Origin: Candidatus Nanopelagicaceae bacterium | Lineage (GTDB): Bacteria; Actinomycetota; Actinomycetes; Nanopelagicales; Nanopelagicaceae | Assembly: GCA_049430265.1 (NCBI GenBank) | Contig: JBMTBW010000002.1 | Coordinates: 112,620 to 176,619 of the forward strand | DNA length: 64,000 nucleotides | Direction: 5' to 3' | Part shown: one piece after another, positions 1-11,384 of the stretch | Position numbering within the stretch: the first letter of the stretch is position 1 | Layout of the letters: the number at the start of each line of letters is the position of its first letter | The notes under the pieces: model-generated | The model's database searches: none | The model's input: only the letters and a program-made list of their open reading frames with translations | What the model was told of the DNA's origin: nothing | Made by a program: the position numbers and the translations under genes

Positions 1-21
1 AGGGATGTGAATATAGAAGGA

Positions 22-34
22 GAGCCGCTGGCTC
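22..34 (-). terminator. Possible weak intrinsic terminator after lepA
   Basis: On the minus strand a GAGCC-AGC-GGCTC hairpin lies just after the lepA stop. It is followed by a U-rich run (UCCUUCUAUAUU). The stem is only 5 bp. Confidence 0.3.
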
Positions 35-37
35 ACG

Positions 38-1906
38 CTATTTCTTCACCTTTCCGCTCTCTTCATCAGCATTCGTTGAAAGCGCAGCGATGAATGCCTC
101 TTGTGGTACTTCAACTCTTCCCACCATCTTCATACGCTTCTTTCCCTCTTTCTGCTTCTCTAAAAGTTTGCGCTTACGAGAGATATCGCCGCCATAACAT
201 TTTGCCAAAACATCTTTTCGAATGGCGCGAATTGTCTCTCGAGCAATAATTTTGGCGCCAATAGCTGCCTGAATCGGAACTTCAAATTGCTGCCTTGGAA
301 TTAACTCTCTAAGTTTTGAAGTCATCATGACTCCATAGGTATAAGCCTTCTCACGGTGAACAATTGAACTAAAGGCATCAACAGTCTCTCCTTGAAGCAA
401 AATATCAACCTTGACTAGATCTCCTTCAGCCTCGCCTATTGGTTCATAGTCCAGTGAGGCATAACCCTTAGTTCTTGACTTTAGTTGATCAAAGAAATCA
501 AAGACGATTTCGGCAAGGGGCAAGGTGTAGCGAATCTCTACACGATCTTCAGAGAGATAATCCATGCCATTTAGCGCGCCTCGTCGCTGCTGGCAAAGCT
601 CCATAATCGTTCCGATGTAATCTGTTGGAGAGAGAATTGTTGCCTTAACTATTGGCTCCCTGACCTGGGCAACTTTTCCATTGGGGTACTCGCTGGGATT
701 GGTAACAATTAACACTTGCCCGCTCTCAGTGGTAACTGTGTAGACCACATTCGGAGCAGTTGAGATGAGCGTTAGATCAAACTCGCGCTCTAGCCGCTCT
801 CTAACAATTTCCATATGGAGAAGTCCTAAAAAGCCACATCTAAATCCAAAGCCAAGGGCTGCAGAATTTTCTGGTTCATAGACTAAAGCTGCATCATTTA
901 GCTGTAATTTATCGAGCGCATCTCGAAGCAATGGATATTGATCGCCATCAATGGGAAATAAACCTGAGAAAACCATAGGTTTTGGATCTTTATATCCAGA
1001 GAGCGCTTCAAGTGCTGGTTTATGGAAAGTTGTTACCGTATCTCCAACTCTTGATTGGCGAACATCTTTAACGCCAGTGATTAGATAACCCACCTCGCCT
1101 ACTCCAAGGCCCTTGCTTGATACTGGCTCTGGCGAGATAACTCCAATATCTAATAGCTCATGCTTAACTCCAGTTGAAAACATCTGAATCTGCTCACGTG
1201 GTGAGAGATGTCCATCAAATACTCGAACATATGTCACTACACCTCGATAGGTGTCATAGACCGAGTCAAAGATTAAAGCTCTGGCAGGACCCTGCGGATT
1301 TCCTTTTGGAGCCGGAATTTGAGCAATAATTTGATCTAAGAGTTCTTCAACACCAATTCCTGATTTTCCAGAGACGCGCAAGCAATCCTCAGGTTTGCAT
1401 CCAACTAGCTTAGATAATTCAATTGCAAACTTATCTGGTTGAGCAGAAGGCAAATCAATCTTATTTAATACTGGAATAACGGTTAAATTATTTTCCATCG
1501 CTAGATAAAGATTTGCCAGTGTTTGAGCTTCAATACCTTGCGCACAATCCACTAATAAAATAGCCCCTTCGCATGCTGCAAGAGATCTTGATACTTCGTA
1601 AGTGAAATCAACATGTCCTGGGGTATCAATCATATTTAGAATGTATTCCTTGCCATCAAGACCTGACCTCCAAGGAAGACGAACAGCTTGGCTCTTGATA
1701 GTAATTCCGCGTTCGCGTTCAATATCCATACGATCTAAATATTGGGCTCGCATATTTCGCGCTTCAACAACACCGGTTATTCCAAGCATTCGATCTGCCA
1801 GAGTGGATTTGCCATGATCAATATGGGCGATGATGCAGAAATTACGAATCTGCTCAGGATTAGTTGCAGCAGGTTGCGGCGCTTTACTTAAGTCAATTGC
1901 AGGCAT
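38..1906 (-). CDS. lepA: Elongation factor 4 (LepA)
   Basis: 622-aa ORF with a translational GTPase G-domain ([21 protein letters not shown]) and a LepA-type C-terminal region. It sits next to rpsT, as in other actinobacteria. Confidence 0.95.
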   Translation of the reverse strand: MPAIDLSKAPQPAATNPEQIRNFCIIAHIDHGKSTLADRMLGITGVVEARNMRAQYLDRMDIERERGITIKSQAVRLPWRSGLDGKEYILNMIDTPGHVDFTYEVSRSLAACEGAILLVDCAQGIEAQTLANLYLAMENNLTVIPVLNKIDLPSAQPDKFAIELSKLVGCKPEDCLRVSGKSGIGVEELLDQIIAQIPAPKGNPQGPARALIFDSVYDTYRGVVTYVRVFDGHLSPREQIQMFSTGVKHELLDIGVISPEPVSSKGLGVGEVGYLITGVKDVRQSRVGDTVTTFHKPALEALSGYKDPKPMVFSGLFPIDGDQYPLLRDALDKLQLNDAALVYEPENSAALGFGFRCGFLGLLHMEIVRERLEREFDLTLISTAPNVVYTVTTESGQVLIVTNPSEYPNGKVAQVREPIVKATILSPTDYIGTIMELCQQRRGALNGMDYLSEDRVEIRYTLPLAEIVFDFFDQLKSRTKGYASLDYEPIGEAEGDLVKVDILLQGETVDAFSSIVHREKAYTYGVMMTSKLRELIPRQQFEVPIQAAIGAKIIARETIRAIRKDVLAKCYGGDISRKRKLLEKQKEGKKRMKMVGRVEVPQEAFIAALSTNADEESGKVKK

Positions 1907-1942
1907 GCCTATCGCCTACTTTGTGTGAAAGAGTTGGCTGGA

Positions 1943-2212
1943 TTAACGAACGCCAGCTTTGTGGGCTGACTTAGCCATAGCTGACTTCTTATTAGCAGCT
2001 TGGTTGGCATGTATTACGCCTTTTGATACCGCGATATCGAGTTCACGAGAGGCATTTGAGAGCTCAGTGGCAACAAGCTTTGAATCTCCTGCAGTAAGGG
2101 AATCACGAAAGCGACGGATAGCGGTCTTAAATGAAGAACGCACTGACTTATTACGCAAGCGAGCCTTCTCATTGGTCTTGATTCTCTTGATCTGGGACTT
2201 GATATTTGCCAC
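1943..2212 (-). CDS. rpsT: 30S ribosomal protein S20
   Basis: The S20-type sequence begins at [16 protein letters not shown] (GTG at 2212). The longer 100-aa ORF in the track is an upstream extension. The protein is basic and Ala/Lys-rich. Confidence 0.9.
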   Translation of the reverse strand: MANIKSQIKRIKTNEKARLRNKSVRSSFKTAIRRFRDSLTAGDSKLVATELSNASRELDIAVSKGVIHANQAANKKSAMAKSAHKAGVR

Positions 2213-2311
2213 GAACTTAAAGCCTTCCATTTGAGTGAAATACAACGCGGCAGGGTATCAGCCAGAGTTATCTCGACTCAAACCGAGATTCTCAGCCTTG
2301 CCAAATACCGC

Positions 2312-3283
2312 CTATTTACGCCCTACTTTGCCGGCAATTGCCAGAACGCTTCGCTCCAGGGCATAGAGCGGGTCGGCCTCAGCTCCTTTAATGGCCACAT
2401 CTGCTTTTGCTAATTCACCAACCGAGAATGCAATTAGCGCTGGAGTCCACTTTCCTAATTGGCGCCTCGCCTTATCAATCTGCCAGGGAGCAAGGCCAAG
2501 AGAGCCAGCAAGTTGAAAGGCATTGGCCCCGCGCGGAGCCCCTGAGACTTTTGCAAGTGCCCTAATTGATGAAGTGATTGCAGAGAGAATCATTATTGGA
2601 TCAACTCCAGTATCAAGGGCATTTCTTAGTGAAATCAGCGCAGCCCTGCTATCTCCCGCCAATGTCGCATCTGCTACATCAAAGCCTGTGGCTTGAACTC
2701 TTCCCTGATAATAAAGAGCGATATCTTCTTCATCAATTACTGCTTTGGCAGCGCTAGTATCAAAAGCAATCTGACTACAAGCTGCTGCTAGCTCTCTTGT
2801 GTCACTTCCTGTGGCATCAACTAGCGCGCTAATTGCAGCAGATGAAATCTTGCGTCCCTGTCTTTCAAATTCCTGGGCAACAAAGCTAGATTTATCACTC
2901 TCTTTTTTCATCGCCTCACAGAGAATAATCTCTGGTTTTAACTTCTTAATCTTTTCTAGAAGTGATTTTCCTTTAACGCCGCCCTTATGAATAAAAATTA
3001 TATGAAGCGAGGAATCAAGTGCAGATAAGTAGTTTTCTACTTCTTCTTGCACTTCGCTGATTAAATCTTGTAAGTCTTTTAAAACTACAACGCGTTTATC
3101 AGCAAAGAGTGAAGGAGCAATTGCTGAGGCAAAGCCGCCAATTTCTAATTCAGCACCTTCTAGGACAGTTTTCTCATAATCAACGCGCGCAACTAGCGCA
3201 TCGGCTAGGGCGCGATCTGCTAAAACGCTCTCTGCGCCATGGATAAGTAAGAGGTTTGCTAGAGCCATTGAATCTGCCACCAC
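2312..3283 (-). CDS. holA: DNA polymerase III delta subunit (HolA)
   Basis: 323-aa ORF with HolA-like length and layout, in the conserved comEC-holA-rpsT order. The start is uncertain: GTG at 3283 or ATG at 3268. Confidence 0.7.
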   Translation of the reverse strand: MVADSMALANLLLIHGAESVLADRALADALVARVDYEKTVLEGAELEIGGFASAIAPSLFADKRVVVLKDLQDLISEVQEEVENYLSALDSSLHIIFIHKGGVKGKSLLEKIKKLKPEIILCEAMKKESDKSSFVAQEFERQGRKISSAAISALVDATGSDTRELAAACSQIAFDTSAAKAVIDEEDIALYYQGRVQATGFDVADATLAGDSRAALISLRNALDTGVDPIMILSAITSSIRALAKVSGAPRGANAFQLAGSLGLAPWQIDKARRQLGKWTPALIAFSVGELAKADVAIKGAEADPLYALERSVLAIAGKVGRK

Positions 3284-5475
3284 TTCCTTCCTACATTCCT
3301 AGTAGTGAATATATAGCCCATCGCCCCCTCATCAAACCTCCAGGACAGTGAAATTGGCCCATCTTGATCGCTTCGATAAACCCTAGAGCCCATAACCCTT
3401 AGCTTCTCCACAAGGGAAGAATCGGGATGGCCATAACTATTCGATTCACCCACGCTAATAACTGAGATTTCTGGCGAGATTTGCCGTAAGAAGATTTCGC
3501 TTTGAAAACGTGAGCCATGATGGGGAACCTTCAGTATTGAAATGCCAGATAGGTCGTATCTCTTTGCAATCTCCTCTTGTGCTTCAGGTTCAATATCACC
3601 AGTAATTAAGATCTTTACCTGCCCCACTTGGGCAAGAATTACTAATGAGCGATTATTTTCCTTAGATCCATCGCCAGATAGATTTGAAAAATTAGAGGAA
3701 GCTGTAGGTGGCCAAAGTACCTCTAGCGATACATCTTCAATTCTTGCAATATCGCCAGCTCCAACTTTTGATACTTCGTATTTAGAGAGCTCCTCTCTAG
3801 AGATATTCCCATTACTCCAGATTTGCCCAATCTCTCGCTTTCTTAAAGCTCCGGAAACCCCATAGTAATGATCTGCATGATTATGACTTAAGACAATTAG
3901 TGGCAAATACTTGATACCAATGCTCTTTAAACAACGATCAAGTAGATCAGGGTCAGGACCAGCATCAAATAGCAGAGCGCTACTAGCAGAAATCTTTAGC
4001 ACCAGAGCATCACCCTGACCAACATCGCATTGCACTATGCGCCAAGCATCTCCCGGAAAGCTAGCCTTACTAAATACTCCAAAAAGGATAAGTGCAACAA
4101 ATGCTGCGATTCCAATTCTTTTTAAAGGCGCAAAGAATAAAACTGCAATAACTAGAGCCAGAGTTATCAGAAGAAGTTGATGTGAGAGCGAAAGCGTTGG
4201 CGTTTGATCAGAGAGTGATGCAATGTAGGCAATCCAACGAGCAAGAAACTCTGCAATAGCTAATAGCCCCTCTGATATGAAGGCGATCGGAAGAGTAAGC
4301 ACTGAAAGAAACCCAAGAACGGTCACCGGAGCTACTAAAAGTGAGGTCACGATATTAAACGGAATAGCAAGAAGTGGAGCCTGGGAGGTAAAGGCAATCA
4401 GATAGGGAGTGCAGAGCAGGGTTGCAGCAGTTGAAACCGCAACAATTTCAGCCAGCCAAGATGGTAGAAATCTAAGTAGGTATGCCTTAATTCCAGGTGA
4501 GAGAAATATCAAACCAGCAGTAGCAAGAACAGAGAGGATAAAACCAGGATCTTGTCCCTGAAAGGGATCAAAGAGAAGAAGAACAATTACGGCGCTAGAT
4601 AAGGCGGCTGCTGCATTTGCACGATTGCCAGTGGCAATTGCCAATAAAACTACAAGAGCCATTAGCCCTGCCCGCAAAACTGAGGGCGATGGCCTAACTA
4701 AAAGTAGGAAGAGAAAGAGAATTAATCCCGTAGTAACTATCCTGACGCCAAGATTTGAAATAACTAGCCGCAGAATAAAGAAAACTAGCGCGCTAACAAT
4801 GGCAAAATTTGCACCACTTACTGCTGTGAGATGAGCAAGGCCAGAGCGGCGCATCTGCTTAGTAAATTCTTCGCTTTGAAGTGAGGTATCCCCCAAGATC
4901 ATTCCAGGAATTAGCGCGCCAGAATCACTCTCATATTCCGCTGCTTGATTGCGAAATTTAGATCGAATCTCTGCCAGTAACTGACCCAGCGCCCCTACCT
5001 TGGATAGTTGATTAAACTCCTCATCTGCAATCAAGAGAGCCGCTACTCGCCGCTCTTTACTCTTTATCAGCCTTCCTTGGAATTGAACTAAATCACCGGG
5101 AATCAACGCCACTTTCTTTGGGATCAAAACTCTAATAGCAACTCTTACTTCATAACTTGCCGTCTCACTTTCTACATAAGAGGCTCTAGCTAGAAATGAA
5201 CTCTGTGACGGATTTATATCTGAGCCACGAACTCTTTCAAATGTAAGTTTTGGATCACTAGTAACACTTGCTATCACCTTCACATTGCTAGAGCTTTTGG
5301 CTAACTGAGCAATTTCGCTACTTTGCAAGATCTGACTATGAATTGAAAATAGGATGCTGCCGATAAGGAGCGCGAGTGAGATGATGTAAAAACGTCGCTT
5401 GAATAAATAGGTAAAAGATGTGATTACCGCACTTACCGCTAACGCAGACCAAGAGAAATAGGTCGCACCCAGCAC
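3259..5475 (-). CDS. comEC: DNA internalisation competence protein ComEC/Rec2
   Basis: 738-aa polytopic membrane ORF with a C-terminal metallo-beta-lactamase motif (SHNHADHYYG). It lies downstream of comEA. Confidence 0.85.
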   Translation of the reverse strand: MLGATYFSWSALAVSAVITSFTYLFKRRFYIISLALLIGSILFSIHSQILQSSEIAQLAKSSSNVKVIASVTSDPKLTFERVRGSDINPSQSSFLARASYVESETASYEVRVAIRVLIPKKVALIPGDLVQFQGRLIKSKERRVAALLIADEEFNQLSKVGALGQLLAEIRSKFRNQAAEYESDSGALIPGMILGDTSLQSEEFTKQMRRSGLAHLTAVSGANFAIVSALVFFILRLVISNLGVRIVTTGLILFLFLLLVRPSPSVLRAGLMALVVLLAIATGNRANAAAALSSAVIVLLLFDPFQGQDPGFILSVLATAGLIFLSPGIKAYLLRFLPSWLAEIVAVSTAATLLCTPYLIAFTSQAPLLAIPFNIVTSLLVAPVTVLGFLSVLTLPIAFISEGLLAIAEFLARWIAYIASLSDQTPTLSLSHQLLLITLALVIAVLFFAPLKRIGIAAFVALILFGVFSKASFPGDAWRIVQCDVGQGDALVLKISASSALLFDAGPDPDLLDRCLKSIGIKYLPLIVLSHNHADHYYGVSGALRKREIGQIWSNGNISREELSKYEVSKVGAGDIARIEDVSLEVLWPPTASSNFSNLSGDGSKENNRSLVILAQVGQVKILITGDIEPEAQEEIAKRYDLSGISILKVPHHGSRFQSEIFLRQISPEISVISVGESNSYGHPDSSLVEKLRVMGSRVYRSDQDGPISLSWRFDEGAMGYIFTTRNVGRKWWQIQWL

Positions 5476-5534
5476 CCCAACCCAGAGGGCTAGAGCAAAG
5501 AGCAGTGCGCGGTAATCACTTCTTACCCTCTGGT

Positions 5535-6134
5535 CTAGAGGCTCAAACGTGGGCGAATCCGCTCCAGAGTTTTGCTACCTATACCAGAAACTTTCAGTAG
5601 ATCATCAAGGGCAAGAAACGGCCCATTTGTATTTCGATAATTTATTATTCGGCTAGCAATTACCGGTCCGATCCCAGTAAGTGAATCAAACTCAGCCTTT
5701 GTACCTCGATTTATATTGATAACTCCGGTAAATCTAGACTTACTACTCTTGCTACTGCTTGAGTTAGCTTTTGCAACATATCCCACATAGACCTGTTCGC
5801 CATCTATTAAGACTCGAGCTAAGTTGATGTCACCTAAATCAACGCCCTTATTTGCTCCACCTGCTGCCTTTATTGCATCTGAGACTCTAGAGCCTGCAAG
5901 TAGTGGATACACATCTGGTCGCTTAACTTTGCCAGCGACATGAATGAGTATCGTCTTGGCTACTGCCGGCATAGTTAGGGTGGGTTTAGCAGACTCTTGC
6001 GCAACTGCTCGTCCCCTAGTATTTGTAAATAAGAATGTGGCAAAGAGAATGGCGACTAGAGATATAGCAATAAGCGCTCTTCGCTGTGAGTAGGTGTAAT
6101 CTTGAAAATCTTCTTTCAATTTCGCAAAATTCAT
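5535..6134 (-). CDS. comEA: ComEA-type DNA-binding competence protein
   Basis: 199 aa with an N-terminal TM segment, an SLBB-like middle region and a C-terminal helix-hairpin-helix (LTGIGPVIASRIINYR ... LLKVSGIGSKTLERI). Confidence 0.8.
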   Translation of the reverse strand: MNFAKLKEDFQDYTYSQRRALIAISLVAILFATFLFTNTRGRAVAQESAKPTLTMPAVAKTILIHVAGKVKRPDVYPLLAGSRVSDAIKAAGGANKGVDLGDINLARVLIDGEQVYVGYVAKANSSSSKSSKSRFTGVININRGTKAEFDSLTGIGPVIASRIINYRNTNGPFLALDDLLKVSGIGSKTLERIRPRLSL

Positions 6135-6214
6135 GGCCTGATGAAATCAGGTATTGCAAATATTTATTTCTTTAACTAACTCTTTTAGTGGAGAAGTTGG
6201 AGCTGTGGATATTG

Positions 6215-8674
6215 CTATAAAACGATATTTACAAACTTTGGGGCCTTAGTAATTACTTTCTTAGGGTTTACTCCCCCAAGATCAGACACTATTGCTGGAT
6301 CGCTTAAAGCCATCTTCTCAAGGGCTTCATCGGTAATATTGGGTGATACTTCAACCCTAGATTTGATTTTGCCATTTATCTGGAAAATAGCAGTGACTGA
6401 GTCTTGAGTTAATAGTTGTGGGTCAACGCTTGGCCATCCTGCTCTCGCAACTGAGGGCTGATGGCCTAATACCTCCCACATCTCCTCAGCGGTATATGGC
6501 GCAATTAAAGAGAGTGAAATCGCCACTATTTCAACGGCCTCTCTTACTGCAGCATCTGATGGGCCAACGCCGGAATCAATTGCTTTTCTTGCGGCATTTA
6601 CTAGCTCCATAATCCTTGCTACCACAACATTGAATCTAAAAGACTCAACTGCAAATGAGATATCAGATAGAGCTTTATGAGAAACTTTTCTTAACTCTAA
6701 ATCACCTTTTGAAAAATCAATTCCTGGCTCACTCTTGACATCTCCAGCAAGGCGCCAAGCGCGATGCAAGAACTTAGATGACCCTGTTGGTGAAACATCA
6801 GCCCAATCAACATCATCCTCCGGTGGACCGGCAAAGACCATTGATAACCGGATTGCATCTACGCCATGTTTTTCAAGTTCCTCAGAGAGGGCTACTAAAT
6901 TGCCACGGCTCTTACTCATAGCCGAACCATCCATTAAAACCATTCCTTGATTAAGAAGTCTGGTAAATGGCTCTGAGAAATCTACATAGCCCATATCTTT
7001 TAGCGCTTTGGTAAAAAAGCGTGAATAGAGCAGATGCAAGATGGCGTGACTTACTCCACCTACATATTGATCCACTGGTAGCCAGGTATCGACTTCTTTT
7101 CTATCGAAAGGTTTATCGTGGGTATTCACACTGGTGTAGCGCAAGAAATACCAAGATGAGTCAACAAAGGTATCCATGGTGTCGGTATCTCTTAGAGCGC
7201 CAGCGCCACATTTAGGACATTTAACATTAACCCAATCACTTGCTGTGGCAAGAGGTGATGTTCCCTTTGGCCTTAAATCTAGCGACTTTGAATCCGGTAA
7301 TTTAACTGGAAGATCACTTTCATCTACTGGCACTTCGCCGCACTTCTGACAGTGAATAATTGGAAATGGAGTTCCCCAATATCGCTGACGTGAAATTAAC
7401 CAATCTCTAAGTCGATAGTTATTAGATGCCTTTGCTAAATTCTTTTTCTCAAGTTCTGCAATTATTTTTCCAATGGCTGCTGTGCTATCAAGCCCATTTA
7501 AGCTGCCAGAGTTAACCATTACCCCAGATCCACTAGTAGCAACTCCGCTAACGGCAGGATCTTCTTGCCCCTCTACATTAACTACTACTCTCACCGGTAG
7601 CTTCATCGCCCTAGCAAAATCTAAATCTCTCTGATCATGAGCAGGAACAGCCATGATGGCCCCAGTTCCATAATCAGCTAGCACATAATCACTAGCCCAG
7701 ATTGGAATTCTCTCGTTATTAACTGGATTTATTGCATATCGTCCTAGAAAAATGCCGCTCTTGACTCTATCTGTTGCCAATCTATCGATATCGCTTGCCG
7801 ACTTAACGCTATCGAAGTATTTTTCAAAGTCAGCTTGCACTTGGGTATTTGCCACTAACTCTCTAGCTAATTCGCTATCAACAGCAACTACCATAAATGT
7901 TGCGCCAAATAGAGTATCGGGCCTGGTGGTATAGACCGTTAAAGCCTCATCCCTTCCTTCAATATTGAATTTAACTTCAGCTCCAACAGATTTTCCAATC
8001 CAATTGCGCTGCATAGTTAGAACTTTCTCAGGCCACTTGCCCTCGAGTTCTTTCATGTCATCAAGTAATCTCTCGGCATAATCAGTGATTTTGAAATACC
8101 ACTGACTCAATTTCTTCTTTGTTACCGGATTATCACAGCGTTCACATAGCCCTGCAATTACCTGCTCATTTGCCAAAACAGTCTGGCAATCCGGGCACCA
8201 ATTAACTGGTGAGTTCTTGCGATAAGCCAGTCCCTTTTCATATAGTTTTAAAAATATCCATTGATTCCACCGGTAATACTCGCTATCGCAGGTATAAAGC
8301 ACTCGATCCCAATCAAATGAGCAGGCATACCTTCGCATCGAAGCTTTCTGGGTATTTATATTTTCATAAGTCCAAATACTTGGATCTTCATTGCGCTTGA
8401 TTGCAGCATTTTCTGCTGGGAGACCAAAAGCATCCCAGCCAATTGGATGCATGACGTTAAAGCCTTTTTGCACCCAGTAACGAGCAATCACATCACCTAA
8501 GGCATAAGCCTCGGCATGGCCCATATGAAGATCGCCCGATGGATAGGGAAACATATCCAGTACATATTTCTTAGGGCGGGGATCACTTGGATCTCCTGAT
8601 CTAAATGGCGCTAATTTGTCCCATACTGGCAACCACTTCTCTTGAATGAAGTGAAAGTCATAGGCCGAGAGCAT
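6215..8674 (-). CDS. leuS: Leucine--tRNA ligase
   Basis: 819 aa with a class I HIGH-type motif (HMGHAEAY), a KMSKS-type motif (AMSKSRGN) and a CP1 editing-domain layout. Confidence 0.95.
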   Translation of the reverse strand: MLSAYDFHFIQEKWLPVWDKLAPFRSGDPSDPRPKKYVLDMFPYPSGDLHMGHAEAYALGDVIARYWVQKGFNVMHPIGWDAFGLPAENAAIKRNEDPSIWTYENINTQKASMRRYACSFDWDRVLYTCDSEYYRWNQWIFLKLYEKGLAYRKNSPVNWCPDCQTVLANEQVIAGLCERCDNPVTKKKLSQWYFKITDYAERLLDDMKELEGKWPEKVLTMQRNWIGKSVGAEVKFNIEGRDEALTVYTTRPDTLFGATFMVVAVDSELARELVANTQVQADFEKYFDSVKSASDIDRLATDRVKSGIFLGRYAINPVNNERIPIWASDYVLADYGTGAIMAVPAHDQRDLDFARAMKLPVRVVVNVEGQEDPAVSGVATSGSGVMVNSGSLNGLDSTAAIGKIIAELEKKNLAKASNNYRLRDWLISRQRYWGTPFPIIHCQKCGEVPVDESDLPVKLPDSKSLDLRPKGTSPLATASDWVNVKCPKCGAGALRDTDTMDTFVDSSWYFLRYTSVNTHDKPFDRKEVDTWLPVDQYVGGVSHAILHLLYSRFFTKALKDMGYVDFSEPFTRLLNQGMVLMDGSAMSKSRGNLVALSEELEKHGVDAIRLSMVFAGPPEDDVDWADVSPTGSSKFLHRAWRLAGDVKSEPGIDFSKGDLELRKVSHKALSDISFAVESFRFNVVVARIMELVNAARKAIDSGVGPSDAAVREAVEIVAISLSLIAPYTAEEMWEVLGHQPSVARAGWPSVDPQLLTQDSVTAIFQINGKIKSRVEVSPNITDEALEKMALSDPAIVSDLGGVNPKKVITKAPKFVNIVL

Positions 8675-8683
8675 TGCCCTAGA

Positions 8684-9640
8684 TTACCGCCAATTAACTC
8701 CAGTTAATTCACTGCTAACGCTCCAGAGGTTTCGCGCCAAGCCTTGATCATAGGCAATAGAGCGAGCTCTTGTTGCTTTTGGAAAACCGCGCATCTCCAA
8801 CAATCCATCAGGACCAAGATATGAAGCGCCATAGAGATTTGAAAATGTTGCAGCGCAAAGCGTTGGAAGCGCGCCTCTTGATGCTGATTGCGCAATAAGG
8901 GAGTTAGCAAATGCTGCCCCTCGCTCTTCGATAATGCTTCCTCGCATTTTTGGTCCAACGCTCTGTAAATTAGTATTTGCATAACCAGGGTGGGCGGCAA
9001 ATGCGCTAAAACTATAATTGGCTTTTCTAGCAATTCTCTCTAATTCAAATGTAAATAGTAGATTAGCTAATTTACTTGCACCATAGGCCGACCAGGGTTG
9101 ATATTTATTTCTGCCAAGACAGATATCTCTAATTGCATCTTGGCTACCTTGGCCAAAATTTCCAAATCGATGAGCTGCACTTGAAACTGAGACAACTCTT
9201 GATTTGATTCGATCTGCTAACAGAGCGGTAAGTGCAAAGTGGCCTAGGTGATTCACACCCATTTGTAGTTCAAAATCATCAGCAGTCTTTGTGAATGGAG
9301 TAGCCATGACCCCAGCATTTAATATCAAAACATCAATGTCTTGCTTGACTTCTCTCGCTGCTTTTCTAACACTATTTAAATCGGCTAAATCGAGATGGAG
9401 AATTTGAGCCTTCTGGCTTGATAACTCTTTTACTACCTGCTCGGCTTTCTTTAGATCGCGCGCAGCAATTGTTACCTGCGCCCCTGCTCTAATTAGTTCT
9501 CTAGCGCTCTCAAGACCAATTCCGCTAGTTGCTCCAGTGATAAGAAAATGTTTGCCGCTTTGATCGCCAATATCGCTAGCGTTCCAGCCGCGCGGAATTA
9601 CTTGAAGAGCGAGCGCATTTTTCTCTGAGTTGCTATCCAT
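8684..9640 (-). CDS. Short-chain dehydrogenase/reductase (retinol-dehydrogenase-like classical SDR)
   Basis: 318 aa with TGATSGIG (TGxxxGxG), NAG and the catalytic YGASK (YxxxK). The substrate is unknown. Confidence 0.8.
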   Translation of the reverse strand: MDSNSEKNALALQVIPRGWNASDIGDQSGKHFLITGATSGIGLESARELIRAGAQVTIAARDLKKAEQVVKELSSQKAQILHLDLADLNSVRKAAREVKQDIDVLILNAGVMATPFTKTADDFELQMGVNHLGHFALTALLADRIKSRVVSVSSAAHRFGNFGQGSQDAIRDICLGRNKYQPWSAYGASKLANLLFTFELERIARKANYSFSAFAAHPGYANTNLQSVGPKMRGSIIEERGAAFANSLIAQSASRGALPTLCAATFSNLYGASYLGPDGLLEMRGFPKATRARSIAYDQGLARNLWSVSSELTGVNWR

Positions 9641-9644
9641 AACG

Positions 9645-9717
9645 TGGAGCTAAGGGGACTTGAACCCCTGACCCCCTGCATGCCATGCAGGTGCGCTACC
9701 AGCTGCGCCATAGCCCC
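9645..9717 (-). tRNA. tRNA-Ala (anticodon GGC)
   Basis: 73-nt cloverleaf folded by hand: acceptor GGGGCTA/TAGCTCC with the G3:U70 alanine identity pair, anticodon stem CCTGC/GCAGG, loop ATGGCAT, T-loop TTCAAGT. CCA is not encoded. Confidence 0.9.
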
Positions 9718-9764
9718 GAATTTTTATTTAGTTTTTGAGGTAACAGAACAGACCTTACCTCAAA

Positions 9765-10409
9765 CTACGCCCCACTTTCCTCTCCATATATCGGCTCCGG
9801 TAGTGAGCCAGAGTTATGTTCTACTAAAACCCAGCCAGAGCGATGATGGCCATTTTCTAGTATCGACCATGAAGCATTGGATAGCCCACCAAGTGATGAC
9901 CACTGTTTCATCGGCATATCAAGCATCTTGCCTAAAATACATCGCGCAGTTCCGCCGTGTGTTGCAACTATTAGAGTTGAAACATCGCCGCGTAAACCCT
10001 TTTCAATTGCTCTAACAGCTCTTGTGGCAATCTCACTTCTCTTCTCGCCAACTTCTCCTGCCCTCTCATCATCTCCATCTAACCAATGAACAAATCGATG
10101 ATAATCCTCAGCTCTATTTTGCTCCCCAGTTTTTCCTTCCCAATTGCCGCCATTGGTCTCTCTTAAGTCTGGATCAATGTGAACTTCTAGGCCAGCTAAC
10201 TTGGCTAGCGCTTCGGCAGTCTTTCTTGCTCTAATTAGATCACTTGAGATTATTTTCGAAGGTTGAAGATTTAGAAGTAGTGGGGCTGCTCGCTCCGCTT
10301 GGCGAATACCAACCTCATTTAAGGCAATATCAGAATGTCCCTGAAATCGATTAGCGATATTCCAATCAGTCTGGCCATGGCGCCAGAGAACTATGCGTTG
10401 TCTCTCCAT
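9765..10409 (-). CDS. Histidine phosphatase family protein (phosphoglycerate-mutase-like)
   Basis: 214 aa with an RHG motif (LWRHGQTDWN) and a second catalytic His (VATHGG). It occupies the position next to rsfS-nadD that a GpgP-type phosphatase holds in mycobacteria. Confidence 0.8.
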   Translation of the reverse strand: MERQRIVLWRHGQTDWNIANRFQGHSDIALNEVGIRQAERAAPLLLNLQPSKIISSDLIRARKTAEALAKLAGLEVHIDPDLRETNGGNWEGKTGEQNRAEDYHRFVHWLDGDDERAGEVGEKRSEIATRAVRAIEKGLRGDVSTLIVATHGGTARCILGKMLDMPMKQWSSLGGLSNASWSILENGHHRSGWVLVEHNSGSLPEPIYGEESGA

Positions 10410-10411
10410 TT

Positions 10412-10795
10412 TTATTTGCCTGCCTTAAATGCATCAGCTGCCGTTAGCGCATCTAATTTGATACTTGGACAATCATTCCAAAGCCGATCCAGGCTGTAAT
10501 ACTGGCGTGCCTGCTGAGTTTGGACATGAACCACTAAATCTTGATAATCAAGAAGAATCCAATTCTCTGAACTCTCTCGTCTAGTTGGCTTCTCCCCCAA
10601 GAGTGATAATTGGCGCTCTACTTCATCAGCAATTGCATCAATTTGTCGCTCATTACCTCCACTAATTAATAGAAATACTTCACTTAAGAGCATCTGTTCT
10701 GATAAATCAATTGCCAGTAAATCACTGCCCAGCTTCTCTATAGCGGCAGCGGCAGCTATCTGGGTATGTTCAAGCGTTGATTTACGCGGCGGCAT
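10412..10795 (-). CDS. rsfS: Ribosomal silencing factor RsfS
   Basis: 127-aa RsfS/Iojap-like ORF immediately downstream of nadD and overlapping it by 14 nt. This gene pair is conserved. Confidence 0.85.
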   Translation of the reverse strand: MPPRKSTLEHTQIAAAAAIEKLGSDLLAIDLSEQMLLSEVFLLISGGNERQIDAIADEVERQLSLLGEKPTRRESSENWILLDYQDLVVHVQTQQARQYYSLDRLWNDCPSIKLDALTAADAFKAGK

Positions 10796-11384
10796 AGATC
10801 CCTTGGCTTTTTATATAGGCAGCAACTCCGGCCGGCACAAGTGAATCAAAAGGCTCTGATGCCTTTATCAAATTACGAACCTTGGTTGAGGAGATATCTA
10901 GCGCGTTTATCTCTATCTGGCTATAAGTAATTGACTTTGCAACCGTTAAACTTTCTAATTTCTGACCAGGGCGAGTAATTACTAGAAATTGCACACTCTT
11001 TGCAACCTGCTCTATCTCTTTCCACTGATTAATTTTTGCAAAAGCATCGCTACCGATTATCCAAACTAGATTATCCCCAGGATTTTGCATGGTGAAATAA
11101 TTAATGCTCTGAAAAGCATAGCTTGGCTTTGAATCATCAATTTCAAATCTGCTTATCTCAAGCTCTCTATATTTGCTCATACAATCTTTCAGAGCAATTT
11201 CAACCATAGCAAGACGGTGGGCCGCGGTAGCTGCAACGCTCTTCTGCCAAGGGTTGCCAGCAGGAATAACAATAAATTTTTCAAAACGCGCAGAACTTAA
11301 AAGTTCTTCAATGACAAAAAGATGCCCATTGTGAATGGGGTCAAAACTTCCCCCAAATAAGGCGATTGATTTAGTCGCGATCAA
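10782..11384 (-). CDS. nadD: Nicotinate-nucleotide adenylyltransferase
   Basis: 200 aa with the GGSFDPIHNGH nucleotidyltransferase motif. The apparent start codon is TTG. Confidence 0.9.
   Translation of the reverse strand: MIATKSIALFGGSFDPIHNGHLFVIEELLSSARFEKFIVIPAGNPWQKSVAATAAHRLAMVEIALKDCMSKYRELEISRFEIDDSKPSYAFQSINYFTMQNPGDNLVWIIGSDAFAKINQWKEIEQVAKSVQFLVITRPGQKLESLTVAKSITYSQIEINALDISSTKVRNLIKASEPFDSLVPAGVAAYIKSQGIYAAA

Noticed and set aside
9718-9764. 10-bp stem (TTTGAGGTAA...TTACCTCAAA) between the histidine phosphatase gene and tRNA-Ala, considered as a terminator
   Set aside because: No U-run follows the hairpin on the transcribed (minus) strand. It may be a processing or stability element, but I cannot support a terminator call.
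9644-10015. 123-aa plus-strand ORF starting over tRNA-Ala and running antisense to the histidine phosphatase gene
   Set aside because: It begins inside the tRNA gene, has no motifs, and overlaps a motif-supported gene on the opposite strand.
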